Below are positions 10,197 through 20,005 of a stretch of 64,000 nucleotides of DNA, piece after piece. The DNA lies in NCBI GenBank assembly GCA_009693615.1, contig SHWX01000001.1, positions 1,586 to 65,585 of the forward strand. Direction: 5' to 3'. Source of the DNA: Chitinophagaceae bacterium (GTDB lineage: Bacteria > Bacteroidota > Bacteroidia > Chitinophagales > Chitinophagaceae). Numbering within the stretch: position 1 is the first letter of the stretch; each line of letters begins with the position of its first letter. Below the pieces are notes generated by a model, which ran no database searches, was not told where the DNA came from, and was given only the letters and a program-made list of their open reading frames with translations. Position numbers and translations under genes: made by a program.

Positions 10197-11039
10197 ATGA
10201 AAAAGATACTTTTTGTCTTAACTACATTATTAAGCTTGTCTGCTACAGCACAAATTAAAATGCCTGCAGCTAGCCCTACGCAAACACTTATTCAAGATTT
10301 TGGATTAGGTAAAATTGAAATCGTTTATTCAAGACCAGGTCTTAAAGGCCGTGCGGCTTTTGGAAATGGTACTTTATTAGCACCCACTGGTATTGTTTGG
10401 AGGACTGGCGCCAATGGAGCCACCAAGGTTACTTTTTCAGATCCTGTAATTATTGGCGATAAAACTTTAGCGGCTGGTTCTTATGGTTTATTTACCATCC
10501 CAGGTGAAAATGAGTGGACTATTATTTTCAATACCAACTCTAAAGGTTGGGGAAGTTTTGAATACAAAGAAGGGGAAGATGTAGTGCGTATTAAAGTAAA
10601 ACCTGAAACAACTAGCAGTAACACTGAAACATTTACTATTACTGTAGGTAATATTACTCCAGAAACAGCATCCATTATTTTAAAATGGGGCAAGACCATG
10701 GTAAACATTCCTATTAAAACAGATATAAAATCAAGTATTCGTAAACAAGTAGAAGCTTCTACTTCTGTTGCCACCGTAACAGGTGCAGCTTACCAAGCAG
10801 CAGCTAATTTCTATTTTGATATGGATAAAGATTATGCAAAAGCATTAGCCAATGTAAACAAAGCCATTGAGTCTACACCCACTGCTTATTGGTTATTTCT
10901 TTTAAAAGCAAAAGCACAAAAAGAATTAGGCGATAAAAAAGGTGCAAGAGCAAGTGCTGAAACTTGTATTAAAATGGCGGAAGCTGGAAAAAATATGGAC
11001 TATGTGCGTTCTGGAAATGATGTGATTGCTTCTCTATAA
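10197..11039 (+). CDS. DUF2911 domain secreted protein with C-terminal TPR-like helices
   Basis: Signal peptide; PAASP, YSRPG, WRTGAN, GSYGLFTIP. ATG 10197 preferred over TTG 10191. Confidence 0.88.
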   Translation: MKKILFVLTTLLSLSATAQIKMPAASPTQTLIQDFGLGKIEIVYSRPGLKGRAAFGNGTLLAPTGIVWRTGANGATKVTFSDPVIIGDKTLAAGSYGLFTIPGENEWTIIFNTNSKGWGSFEYKEGEDVVRIKVKPETTSSNTETFTITVGNITPETASIILKWGKTMVNIPIKTDIKSSIRKQVEASTSVATVTGAAYQAAANFYFDMDKDYAKALANVNKAIESTPTAYWLFLLKAKAQKELGDKKGARASAETCIKMAEAGKNMDYVRSGNDVIASL

Positions 11040-11060
11040 ACTTAATTAAGATTGATATTT

Positions 11061-11096
11061 AAAAGAGTCCCGAGTGCCACTCGGGACTCTTTTTTT
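11061..11096 (+). terminator. Intrinsic terminator after DUF2911 gene
   Basis: Perfect 15-bp stem AAAAGAGTCCCGAGT-GCC-ACTCGGGACTCTTTT followed by a T-run. Confidence 0.9.
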
Positions 11097-11097
11097 G

Positions 11098-11105
11098 TAC
11101 ATTTG
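11098..11105 (+). promoter_or_regulatory. -7 promoter element for tRNA-Leu
   Basis: TACATTTG, 10 nt upstream of the tRNA. Confidence 0.7.
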
Positions 11106-11115
11106 CAATTCAACT

Positions 11116-11201
11116 GCGGAGGTGGCGAAATTGGTAGACGCACTACCTTGAGGTGGTAGCGCCCATACCCGGGCGTGGGAGTTCGAATCTCCTCTTCCGC
11201 A
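11116..11201 (+). tRNA. tRNA-Leu(GAG), CCA not encoded
   Basis: Acceptor stem GCGGAGG/CTTCCGC, D arm GGCGAAATTGGTAGACGC, anticodon stem CTACC-TTGAGGT-GGTAG, long variable arm, T loop GTTCGAATC, discriminator A. Confidence 0.97.
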
Positions 11202-11202
11202 C

Positions 11203-11232
11203 AAACCCTGTCATAAAAATGACGGGGTTTTT
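11203..11232 (+). terminator. Intrinsic terminator after tRNA-Leu
   Basis: AAACCCTGTCAT-AAAA-ATGACGGGGTTT followed by T residues. Confidence 0.85.
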
Positions 11233-11247
11233 ATTTATATTTGTAAC

Positions 11248-12453
11248 ATGTCTAATTACAACGTTACCTGCCCAAAATGTCAACACAACTTCGAGCCTAC
11301 CGATGCTATTAGAGAAGAAGTGGAAAAAGAGCTGCGCGGTAAAATGACCGACTGGCAAAAAAAGAAAGAAGAAGAAACAAGCGTTTTATTAGCCGAACAA
11401 AAAATAGCTATAGAAAATGAACTAGCAGAGAAACTAAAAAAAGACTTAGGCGCTCAGTACGATCATAAAATTAAAGTCATGCAGCAAAATGAGTCTGCCA
11501 TGAGTAAGCAAGTAAAAGATTTTCAAGAAAAAGAATTGGAGTTTCTTAAACAAGTACAAGTAATACAAGCCAAGGAAGCAGAATTGGAATTAGAACTACA
11601 AAGAAAATTAGTAAAGGAAAGAGAAACTTTAAAAGCACAAATACAAAAAGAAGAAATAGAAAGAGGTTCTTTAAAAGAACAAGAACATCTGCTTAAAGTG
11701 AAAGAACTAGAAAAGCAATTAGACGACCAAAGAAAGTTGGCCGACGAAATGAAGCGCAAGGCCGAACAAGGTAGTATGCAAATGCAAGGCGAAGTACAAG
11801 AATTATTGTTAGAAGAATTACTTAAAACAAGTTTTCCTTTTGACCAGATCTCCGAAGTGGGTAAAGGCGTAAGAGGTGCCGATTGTATACAACTGGTGCG
11901 CAATAGCCTTGGGCAAGAAGCAGGTAAAATTATTTATGAAAGTAAAAGAACCAAAGACTTTAACCAAGAATGGATTGATAAATTAAAGGCTGACATGCGC
12001 AGTCAAGGTGCAGACATTGCAGTAATTGTGACACAAACCTTTCCTAAAGAATTAGATCGTTTTGGTGAAAAAGACGGCGTATACATTTGCTCTTTCCAAG
12101 AAGTCAAAAGTGTTGCCTTATTATTGAGAAATGCGATTCTAAAAATCCATGATACCAAAAAGAGTCAAGTCAACAAAGGAGACAAAATGAGTTTTCTTTA
12201 TGACTATTTAACAAGCAATGAATTCAGCGAACAATGGAAAGCGGTGGGCGAAGGTTTTAGACAAATGCGCTCTAGTATTCAAAAGGAAAGAGACGCTATG
12301 GAAAAACTTTGGAAAGCTAGAGAAAAGCAACTCGAAAAAGTATTGCTCAATGCGATGCATATTAAAGGATCTATTGAAGGTATCGCAGGATCTGACGCCA
12401 TTCATTTAGATTTATTAGAGGATGATACCACCATTGGAATAGAGGAAGAATAA
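11248..12453 (+). CDS. DUF2130 domain protein (CxxC, coiled coil, RmuC-like nuclease-fold C terminus)
   Basis: CPKC N terminus, long coiled coil, QGEVQE, GADC, IIYESKRTK. Confidence 0.85.
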   Translation: MSNYNVTCPKCQHNFEPTDAIREEVEKELRGKMTDWQKKKEEETSVLLAEQKIAIENELAEKLKKDLGAQYDHKIKVMQQNESAMSKQVKDFQEKELEFLKQVQVIQAKEAELELELQRKLVKERETLKAQIQKEEIERGSLKEQEHLLKVKELEKQLDDQRKLADEMKRKAEQGSMQMQGEVQELLLEELLKTSFPFDQISEVGKGVRGADCIQLVRNSLGQEAGKIIYESKRTKDFNQEWIDKLKADMRSQGADIAVIVTQTFPKELDRFGEKDGVYICSFQEVKSVALLLRNAILKIHDTKKSQVNKGDKMSFLYDYLTSNEFSEQWKAVGEGFRQMRSSIQKERDAMEKLWKAREKQLEKVLLNAMHIKGSIEGIAGSDAIHLDLLEDDTTIGIEEE

Positions 12454-12467
12454 CTATCTAAGATTGC

Positions 12468-13091
12468 TTAACTATAACAAGTAACGCAGATATACTCTGT
12501 GCCAAAATGGTAATCTAAATGGACGCTAATATTGCTCCCCTTGTGTAAAATTTGAGCAGGTACAGTTCCCCTATCCCCTTTAGTTAATTCAAGGATATTA
12601 AAATCCTTTGCAAAATCAATCCCCAATTGTTCATGCTTTTTATACATGGCTTCCTTGGCTGCCCATAAAAATGCTAACTGATTCAATTGTTCCTTTTCTG
12701 CCAAACCTGCAATCATTATTTTCTCCTGGTCATTTAAAAATTTATGCGCCACTTTAGCAATGCGTGGGTGTATGATTTCAATATCTATACCTGTAGGTTT
12801 GTCATCTACTGCACAAGCTGCATAACCCTTACAATGTGAAAATGAAAAATGAAAAGGCAATCCAATTAAATAGGGTTTCCCATTATCAGCCATGGCCAAT
12901 TGATTCAAATCTGCTTCTGGCATCATTAATTTAAATAATAACCTAACGGCCAAATGTTGTGTCCTTCTTTCCTCGTTGGCAATGGGTACAGCAAGTTGCA
13001 CATCTGTTTCAAAAAAGGACGCAGGTTCTTGAATAGACCAAATGGCTAGATGAGCTGTCTCGTTAATATTTTGTTGATAAAACAAAGGCAT
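12468..13091 (-). CDS. 4'-phosphopantetheinyl transferase superfamily protein
   Basis: GKP, FSFSH, GIDIE, WAAKEAMYK. Confidence 0.9.
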   Translation of the reverse strand: MPLFYQQNINETAHLAIWSIQEPASFFETDVQLAVPIANEERRTQHLAVRLLFKLMMPEADLNQLAMADNGKPYLIGLPFHFSFSHCKGYAACAVDDKPTGIDIEIIHPRIAKVAHKFLNDQEKIMIAGLAEKEQLNQLAFLWAAKEAMYKKHEQLGIDFAKDFNILELTKGDRGTVPAQILHKGSNISVHLDYHFGTEYICVTCYS

Positions 13092-13157
13092 AGAAAAAAG
13101 GATTGAATTAGATTGCAGCGCCGTTCAAAGCTGCAAAATAAACATAAAAAAACAAAG

Positions 13158-13694
13158 ATGATTTTATCTGACACTCGAATATTAGAAGAAATAGCCAAAC
13201 AGACTATTAAAATTGAACCATACGATCGCAAAGACTTAGGCAGCAATAGCTATGACGTGCATTTGGGCAAATGGTTAGCCACCTACGATAATGCCATTTT
13301 AGATGCAAAAGCACATAATACCATTACCTATTTCGAAATACCTGAAGAAGGTTTTGTTTTAGAACCGACGGGCTTTTATTTAGGCGTTACATTAGAATAT
13401 ACAGAAACACATGCGCATGTTCCTTTTTTAGAAGGAAAGTCTTCAACCGGAAGATTAGGTATTGACATTCATGCAACCGCAGGTAAAGGCGATGTTGGTT
13501 TCTGCGGTTACTGGACTTTAGAAATTTCTGTAAAACAACCCGTTAAAATATATAAAGGAATGCCTATTGGTCAACTTATTTATTTTCCTGTAGATGGGGA
13601 GATTGAAGTAAAATACAATCAAAAGAAAAACGCTAAATATAGCGGTCAGCCCGAGAAGCCCATTGAGAGTATGATGTGGAAGAATCAGTTTTAG
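13158..13694 (+). CDS. dcd: dCTP deaminase
   Basis: MILSD start at ATG 13158; SNSYDV, EGKSSTGRLG, GDVGFCG, GQL. Confidence 0.94.
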   Translation: MILSDTRILEEIAKQTIKIEPYDRKDLGSNSYDVHLGKWLATYDNAILDAKAHNTITYFEIPEEGFVLEPTGFYLGVTLEYTETHAHVPFLEGKSSTGRLGIDIHATAGKGDVGFCGYWTLEISVKQPVKIYKGMPIGQLIYFPVDGEIEVKYNQKKNAKYSGQPEKPIESMMWKNQF

Positions 13695-13727
13695 TATACT
13701 TTATTTAAAACTTGACTAATGTTTATG

Positions 13728-14861
13728 TTACTGCTTTGATTTATTATAAGCAAGTACCCATAATAACACTTCATCATAACTTTTTATTCCTTTCGCCTGT
13801 TTATTCCATTGTAAGAATTGATCATATAGAGGTGTGGATGCAGGAATGAGTAAATGCTGTCTTTGTATAAAAAAATCTTTTATCTTTTTTCTATCTCCTC
13901 TCACTTTAACATCGAGTAATAATTTATTTCGATTCACTATTTGTTTCCAGTTTTCAAAATTGCCAGTTTTAGCAATTAAGCCTAAATGTTCAGACTGACA
14001 ATAAGTAAATATTTGCAGTAACATAGAATAGCGCAATAAAGCATCAGTAGACTCTATCGCAACCACAAAGGCAATAAAATTAGCTTCCGCCTCAGAGGCA
14101 TAGCCCATTTGGTGCGCTAATTCATGGCAACTGGTATAAGGCAGGGTAAGCAGCGGAACATCTGTCCTAATAATGGCTTCCCCCGTAATGGGTTGGTAAA
14201 ATGCCAAATACCCTAAATAATCACCCCAACTAGGAAAAGCAGCCTGTTTTAAAACGGGTTTATCTATATGAAGCTGAGGGAATCTGTTTTTTAGCTGCGC
14301 GTAATTCAAAATGCTATTATTAAAAACCTGGTCTACCTCAATACCTTGGATAAAAGAATCTGACAATATTTGCCTAGTTTTATTCAATTCCTTCATTAAA
14401 ACCAGACTAAGGCTATCTAACTGAACTTCGGTATAGCTAGTATCCATTTTTAAATTAAAGCTTTTAGCTGGGCTAGATTTTTGATAATTCAAACCCCAAA
14501 TAAGCATAAAAACCACATATAATTGAATCAGTTTCAAAGTAAGCTTTTTGCCAAAACGGAAAAGATAAGTCCTATAAGTAATAGTGTTAATTTTATTTTT
14601 AAGTTTATATAAGCTTAGTATTATATTAATAATCAATATTATAATTAATAAAAGATATACATACTCACCAATGGGCAGCTTGATACTACTAGTAATAAAT
14701 CTTAGGCCTAGTCCAATGTATTGAAATAATCCAAAACTGAAGTATTCACTCACTGCATCTGGGAAAAATGAAAAGACTAGAATAGCCAATGCAATTAGCA
14801 GCCAAGCTGTCTGAGATAGGGTTATGATACGAGCACTGCGCTTTATTGGGTCTTTTTTCAC
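13728..14861 (-). CDS. DUF3810 family membrane protein (HExxH zincin-like)
   Basis: WGLNY, YQPITGEA, CHELAHQMGYASEAEANF. Confidence 0.85.
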   Translation of the reverse strand: MKKDPIKRSARIITLSQTAWLLIALAILVFSFFPDAVSEYFSFGLFQYIGLGLRFITSSIKLPIGEYVYLLLIIILIINIILSLYKLKNKINTITYRTYLFRFGKKLTLKLIQLYVVFMLIWGLNYQKSSPAKSFNLKMDTSYTEVQLDSLSLVLMKELNKTRQILSDSFIQGIEVDQVFNNSILNYAQLKNRFPQLHIDKPVLKQAAFPSWGDYLGYLAFYQPITGEAIIRTDVPLLTLPYTSCHELAHQMGYASEAEANFIAFVVAIESTDALLRYSMLLQIFTYCQSEHLGLIAKTGNFENWKQIVNRNKLLLDVKVRGDRKKIKDFFIQRQHLLIPASTPLYDQFLQWNKQAKGIKSYDEVLLWVLAYNKSKQ

Positions 14862-14966
14862 CTTTTAGGGATTATTTGGCTGGTCGAAGAATAGGTTCCC
14901 AAAAGTAGGATAAACTTTGTCTTTTGCTTGGTTTTTACTAACTTTGCCAACCTTATAAGTACGGAT

Positions 14967-15542
14967 ATGAACCAAAACAGGGCTTACGAAATAGCATTTG
15001 TGGGTTTGACACCCGGTTTACACGAGTTCGAATACCGTATCGAGGATCAGTTCTTTACCAGTTTTGGCCAACAAGACTTCTCTAATTGCAATACCCTGGT
15101 TAAGCTTAAGCTTGACAAAAAACAAGGTTTTTTCCAATTGCACTTTGATGTTGATGGCAAAATAGACACCCTTTGCGATCGTTGCGGCAATTCCCTAACG
15201 ATTCAATTATGGGATGAGTTCAACTTAATTGTAAAATTAGTGGACGACCCTATTACCATGAACAGTCAAGAAGAAGACGCTGATATTTTTTATATCGATA
15301 AAGGTGAAAATTATTTTTCAATCGCTGCTTGGATTTATGAATTCATCAATTTAAGTATTCCTTTACAACATATTTGTAAGAAGAATGAAAAAGGAGAATC
15401 GACCTGTAATCAAAAAGTATTAGACCAGTTGAACCAATTCAAAGCAAATCCAACAGAAGTGAATATTAAAAACATCTGGAAAGGTTTAGAAAAATTTAAA
15501 GGATTGGATGATACGAATGAGGAAGAAGTAAGCAAGAATTAA
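14967..15542 (+). CDS. DUF177/YceD family protein
   Basis: CDRC motif; lies directly upstream of rpmF. ATG 14967 follows TAACTTTG at 14939-14946. Confidence 0.9.
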   Translation: MNQNRAYEIAFVGLTPGLHEFEYRIEDQFFTSFGQQDFSNCNTLVKLKLDKKQGFFQLHFDVDGKIDTLCDRCGNSLTIQLWDEFNLIVKLVDDPITMNSQEEDADIFYIDKGENYFSIAAWIYEFINLSIPLQHICKKNEKGESTCNQKVLDQLNQFKANPTEVNIKNIWKGLEKFKGLDDTNEEEVSKN

Positions 15543-15579
15543 CAACGAATATTAAATAATAAATTTTAAAAAATAAGAG

Positions 15580-15774
15580 ATGCCTAATCCTAAACGCAGA
15601 CACTCACAACAACGTAGTGCTAAAAGAAGAACTCACTATGTAGCTCAAGAAGTTACATTAAGCAAAGATGGAACCACTGGAGAAATCCATGTACGTCATC
15701 GTGCGCACGTTCAAGAAGGTAAATTGTACTACAAAGGTTTATTAGTAAGCGAAAAAGCGCCACTAAAAGCCTAA
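15580..15774 (+). CDS. rpmF: 50S ribosomal protein L32 (Cys-free, zinc-independent type)
   Basis: MPNPKRRHS...KRRTH, HVRHRAH, LYYKG. Confidence 0.95.
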   Translation: MPNPKRRHSQQRSAKRRTHYVAQEVTLSKDGTTGEIHVRHRAHVQEGKLYYKGLLVSEKAPLKA

Positions 15775-15784
15775 TTACTGATTT

Positions 15785-16726
15785 ATGAATATTGGCATCG
15801 ATATGATGGGAGGCGATTACGCCCCACTGGAAGCCGTTAAAGGTGTTCAACAATATTTAGCTCATTCAGAAAATAATTTATTTTGTATAGGTGAAGAAAC
15901 CCAGCTGAAAGAACTTTTTCAGACGCATGGGATTTCCTCACCTTTTTTACATATTGTACCTGCCACTGAAGCGATAGGCTACCATGAACATCCTACTAAA
16001 GCTTTAAAAGAAAAACCGAATTCATCCATTGCCATTGGATTTAAATTATTAGCAACTGGTGAAATAGACGCCTTCCTAAGTGCAGGTAATACGGGCGCTA
16101 TGTTAGTAGGTGCCATGTTTAGCATTAAGCCCATTAAAGGCGTAATGAGACCCACCATTGCTACTTTACTTCCTAAACTAAATGGCAAAACGGGCTTATT
16201 AGTAGACGTTGGATTAAATGCAGATTGCAAACCAGAACAATTAAATCAGTTTGGCATTTTAGGCAATTTATATGCCAAGCATATTTTAAATATTGAAAAT
16301 CCCACTGTAGGTTTATTAAATGTAGGTGAAGAAGAAGGCAAAGGAAATATTTTAGCACAAGCCTCTTACCCATTATTAAAAGAAAATACAGCCATTCATT
16401 TTATAGGTAATATTGAAGGCAGAGATGTTTTCAATGATAAAGCCGATGTCATTGTTTGCGATGGATTCACAGGAAATATTATTCTTAAAATGGCTGAAGC
16501 AATGTATGATGCAGCTAAGCATCAAAAACTAGAAAACGATTCTTTCTTTGGACGTTTCCATTTTGAAAATTACGGAGGTACCCCTGTTTTAGGTGTGAAT
16601 AAGCCAGTTATTATTGGACATGGTATTAGTAATGCAAAAGCATTCTACAATATGATTTTACTTGCTGAAAAAATGATTCAAACTCGCTTTTGTGATATCA
16701 TTACTAGCAATTTCGAGAATTTATAA
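15785..16726 (+). CDS. plsX: Phosphate acyltransferase PlsX
   Basis: GIDMMGGDYAP, SAGNTGA, RPTI, NVGEEEGKG, CDGFTGN, IIGHG. Confidence 0.96.
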   Translation: MNIGIDMMGGDYAPLEAVKGVQQYLAHSENNLFCIGEETQLKELFQTHGISSPFLHIVPATEAIGYHEHPTKALKEKPNSSIAIGFKLLATGEIDAFLSAGNTGAMLVGAMFSIKPIKGVMRPTIATLLPKLNGKTGLLVDVGLNADCKPEQLNQFGILGNLYAKHILNIENPTVGLLNVGEEEGKGNILAQASYPLLKENTAIHFIGNIEGRDVFNDKADVIVCDGFTGNIILKMAEAMYDAAKHQKLENDSFFGRFHFENYGGTPVLGVNKPVIIGHGISNAKAFYNMILLAEKMIQTRFCDIITSNFENL

Positions 16727-16799
16727 CAAGTTCTGCATTTCTTTATTCCCTATTTCTTAGTAATTTGTTTAATTTTACACTCAAATAAAGTGAGACAAT

Positions 16800-17774
16800 A
16801 TGTGGTTAAATAATATTTTAGAAACCATTGGTAATACTCCCTTAATTCGTTTAAATAAAATAACGAGTGAAGTGCCTGCTACTGTGCTTGCTAAAGTAGA
16901 TTATTTTAACCCTGGTAATTCTATCAAAGATAGAATGGCATTGAAAATGGTAGAAATAGCAGAAGCGGAAGGAAAACTAAAACCAGGCGGCACTATTATA
17001 GAATGTACAAGTGGTAATACCGGTATGGGACTTGCCTTAGTGGCTATTGTAAAAGGATATAAATGCATTTTTACCACCACCGATAAGCAGAGTAAAGAGA
17101 AGATGGACATATTAAGAGCCGTGGGCGCTGAAGTAATTGTTTGTCCTACTAATGTTGCACCAGCCGATCCAAAAAGTTATTATTCTGTTGCCAGAAAAAT
17201 TGCTGCTGAAACACCGAATTCTTTTTTCTTTAATCAATATGATAATTTAGCGAATCGTCTAGCCCACTATGAAAGTACAGGGCCAGAAATTTGGAATCAA
17301 ACAGAAGGAAAAATTACCCATCTAGTTTGTACGGTAGGTACAGGTGGAACCATTACTGGTACTGCAAAATATTTAAAAGAAAAGAACCCGAATATTCAAG
17401 TATGGGCCATTGACCCTGTTGGCTCATTGCTTACGCATTACTTTCAAACAGGCATTGAAGACCATGCCTATGTTCAACCCTATATTGCAGAAGGCTTTGG
17501 CGAAGATTTTGTTCCTGCTAATTACGATATGTCTCTCATCAACCATTTTGAACAAGTAGCCGATAAAGAAGGGGCTTTAATGACCCGACGATTAGCAAAA
17601 GAAGAAGGTTTATTCTGTGGCTATAGTGCAGGAAGTTGCATTTTAGGATTACTACAATTAAAAGATAAATTAAAAAGCTCCGACCTTGTGGTTTGCATTT
17701 TACATGACCATGGAAGTAGGTATGTAGGCAAGGTGTATAATGACGATTGGATGAAGAGTAAGGGCTTTCTGTAA
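16800..17774 (+). CDS. PLP-dependent cysteine synthase/cystathionine beta-synthase family protein (no C-terminal CBS pair)
   Basis: IGNTPL, FNPGNSIKDR, TSGNTG, GTGGT, EGFGED, HDHGSRY. Confidence 0.9.
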   Translation: MWLNNILETIGNTPLIRLNKITSEVPATVLAKVDYFNPGNSIKDRMALKMVEIAEAEGKLKPGGTIIECTSGNTGMGLALVAIVKGYKCIFTTTDKQSKEKMDILRAVGAEVIVCPTNVAPADPKSYYSVARKIAAETPNSFFFNQYDNLANRLAHYESTGPEIWNQTEGKITHLVCTVGTGGTITGTAKYLKEKNPNIQVWAIDPVGSLLTHYFQTGIEDHAYVQPYIAEGFGEDFVPANYDMSLINHFEQVADKEGALMTRRLAKEEGLFCGYSAGSCILGLLQLKDKLKSSDLVVCILHDHGSRYVGKVYNDDWMKSKGFL

Positions 17775-17861
17775 AGTATTGATTTTCAATTAATAATTTA
17801 AGACTTTGGCTAACATGCGTTTGGGCCATAAATTGTATATTTGCCACTCAATAATTAAACT

Positions 17862-18929
17862 ATGAGTAAGTACAGCGCAGGGGTTTTATTTGGCAAAGAA
17901 TTAGAGACATTATACAACGATGCAAAAGCCAATCAATTTGCCATTCCAGCAGTCAATACCACTGGAACCGACACTATCAATGCAGCTATTGAAACGGCCG
18001 CAAAAGTGAACTCCCCTATCATTATTCAATTTTCTAATGGCGGTGCTCAATTTATTGCAGGTAAAGGAATGCCTAACGATAATTTACAAGCCAATATTCA
18101 AGGGGCTATAGCAGGTGCATTACATGTGCACCAAGTTGCAAAGTTTTATAATGTTCCTGTTATCCTTCATACCGACCACGCTTCTAAAAAATGGTTACCC
18201 TGGATTAGCGCTTTAATTGATGCAGGTGAGCAATATAAAAAAGAAAAAGGACAACCATTATTTAGTTCACATATGTTGGACTTATCTGAAGAAAGTTTAG
18301 AAGAGAACATTCAAACATCAGTTGAGTTTTACAAAAGAATGGCACCCTTAGGAATGAGTATTGAAATTGAATTAGGTGTAACAGGTGGAGAAGAAGATGG
18401 TGTTGATAATAGTAATGTAGATAATGATAAATTATATACACAACCAGCACATGTTGAATACGCTTATACTGAATTAAGTAAAGTGGGTAATTTATTTACA
18501 GTAGCTGCTGCTTTTGGTAATGTGCATGGTGTATACAAACCAGGTAATGTTGAATTAAGACCAGACATATTAAATAATAGCCAAGTGCATATTCAAAAGA
18601 AATTAAACACAGTAGAGAAGCCAGTGTATTTTGTTTTTCATGGCGGATCGGGTTCACCACAAAATCAAATTAGAGAAGCTATCGGATACGGCGCTATTAA
18701 AATGAATTTAGATACCGACTTGCAATGGGCTTTCTGGGAAGGTATTTTAGAATATTATAAAAAAAATGAAGCCTTCTTGCAAACACAATTAGGCAACCCT
18801 GAGGGAGCCGATAAGCCTAATAAAAAGTATTATGACCCAAGAGTTTGGTTAAGAAAAGGGGAAGAATCCTTTATTAAGCGCTTGGAAATAGCTTTTGATG
18901 ACTTAAACTGTATTAATAGAAACGCTTAA
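17862..18929 (+). CDS. fbaA: Class II fructose-bisphosphate aldolase
   Basis: HTDH, SSHMLDLS, GGEEDG, FGNVHG, FHGGSG, KKYYDPR. Confidence 0.97.
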   Translation: MSKYSAGVLFGKELETLYNDAKANQFAIPAVNTTGTDTINAAIETAAKVNSPIIIQFSNGGAQFIAGKGMPNDNLQANIQGAIAGALHVHQVAKFYNVPVILHTDHASKKWLPWISALIDAGEQYKKEKGQPLFSSHMLDLSEESLEENIQTSVEFYKRMAPLGMSIEIELGVTGGEEDGVDNSNVDNDKLYTQPAHVEYAYTELSKVGNLFTVAAAFGNVHGVYKPGNVELRPDILNNSQVHIQKKLNTVEKPVYFVFHGGSGSPQNQIREAIGYGAIKMNLDTDLQWAFWEGILEYYKKNEAFLQTQLGNPEGADKPNKKYYDPRVWLRKGEESFIKRLEIAFDDLNCINRNA

Positions 18930-18942
18930 ACAAAATTTTAAC

Positions 18943-18984
18943 ACAGTCACCTATGTACTAAAAAAGGGTGACTGTTTATTTTTT
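18943..18984 (+). terminator. Probable terminator after fbaA
   Basis: ACAGTCACC...GGTGACTGT stem followed by a T-rich tail. Confidence 0.65.
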
Positions 18985-19019
18985 ATAACTTCATACAGGA
19001 CTAAAACGATTGCTTAACT

Positions 19020-19937
19020 ATGAGAAATAGAGAAGAAGATATTGAAGTAAACTTAACAGGTGAGGAAACGGCTGCTTCTGAGGCTAGTAAATCAAGATGG
19101 TTTAAAAGAATTAGAAAGGGCATTACGACTTCCACCGCCGATAAAAAAGAAATACCAGAAGGCCTTTGGACAAAATGCCCTTCTTGTAATCATATTTGCA
19201 CGAGTTCGGAATTAAAAGAAAGTTTATTCATTTGTTCTAAATGTAATTTTCATCATCGTATTGGAAGTGATGAGTATTTTGATATTTTATTTGACGAAGC
19301 ACAGTGCACAGAACTTTTTGATAATATTAAAAGTAAAGACGCCTTAAACTTTACCGACTTAAAAAATTATCAAAAAAGATTAGACGAAATTCATGCTAAA
19401 ACCGATTTAAAGGATTCTATGCGTGTAGCGGTAGGAAAAATTAATGGAGAACAAATGGTGGTGGCCTGTATGGACTTTGAATTTATTGGAGGTTCATTAG
19501 GCAGTGTGATGGGAGAAAAATTTAGTCGCGCCGTGGATTATTGCATACAATATAAACTACCCTACTTGGTCATAAGTAAAAGTGGTGGTGCTCGTATGAT
19601 GGAAAGTGCCTTTAGTTTAATGCAATTGGCTAAAACCAGTGGTAAGCTTTCTCAATTAAGTGATGCTAAACTTCCTTTCATTTCTATGCTTACCGATCCT
19701 ACTTTTGGTGGAATTTCTGCAAGCTTTGGTATGCTAGGAGATATTAATATTGCAGAACCTGGTGCTCTAATTGGTTTTGCTGGTCCGCGTGTTATTAAAG
19801 AAACCATTAAAAAAGATTTACCCGCAGGATTTCAACGCAGTGAATTTTTATTAGAACATGGCTTTTTAGACTTTATCGTTGATAGAAAACACTTAAAAAA
19901 TAAATTATCCGAAGTGGCTTACTTATTCAAACATTAA
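19020..19937 (+). CDS. accD: Acetyl-CoA carboxylase carboxyltransferase beta subunit
   Basis: [11 protein letters not shown]...CSKC zinc finger, [33 protein letters not shown]. Confidence 0.97.
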   Translation: MRNREEDIEVNLTGEETAASEASKSRWFKRIRKGITTSTADKKEIPEGLWTKCPSCNHICTSSELKESLFICSKCNFHHRIGSDEYFDILFDEAQCTELFDNIKSKDALNFTDLKNYQKRLDEIHAKTDLKDSMRVAVGKINGEQMVVACMDFEFIGGSLGSVMGEKFSRAVDYCIQYKLPYLVISKSGGARMMESAFSLMQLAKTSGKLSQLSDAKLPFISMLTDPTFGGISASFGMLGDINIAEPGALIGFAGPRVIKETIKKDLPAGFQRSEFLLEHGFLDFIVDRKHLKNKLSEVAYLFKH

Positions 19938-19974
19938 TCCATTTAGGAAGTCAATATTTAATCCTATTTTTGTT

Positions 19975-20005
19975 TCCCGGCACTAGATCAGTTCCGGGAT
20001 TTTTT
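19975..20005 (+). terminator. Terminator-like hairpin between accD and smpB, abutting the smpB ATG
   Basis: TCCCGG-c-ACT-agatc-AGT-t-CCGGGA-TTTTTT, then ATG. Confidence 0.6.

Noticed and set aside
9231-11201. Tyrosine recombinase about 1 kb from a tRNA, suggesting an integrative element
   Set aside because: The protein has XerD length and motifs, its neighbours are core genes, and I found no duplicated tRNA 3' end (att site) in the window.
11143-11358. Short ORFs on both strands over the tRNA
   Set aside because: They overlap tRNA-Leu, its terminator and the DUF2130 gene; spurious.
16727-16799. fabH missing after rpmF-plsX
   Set aside because: An ordinary rearrangement; fabH is probably elsewhere and no remnant is visible.
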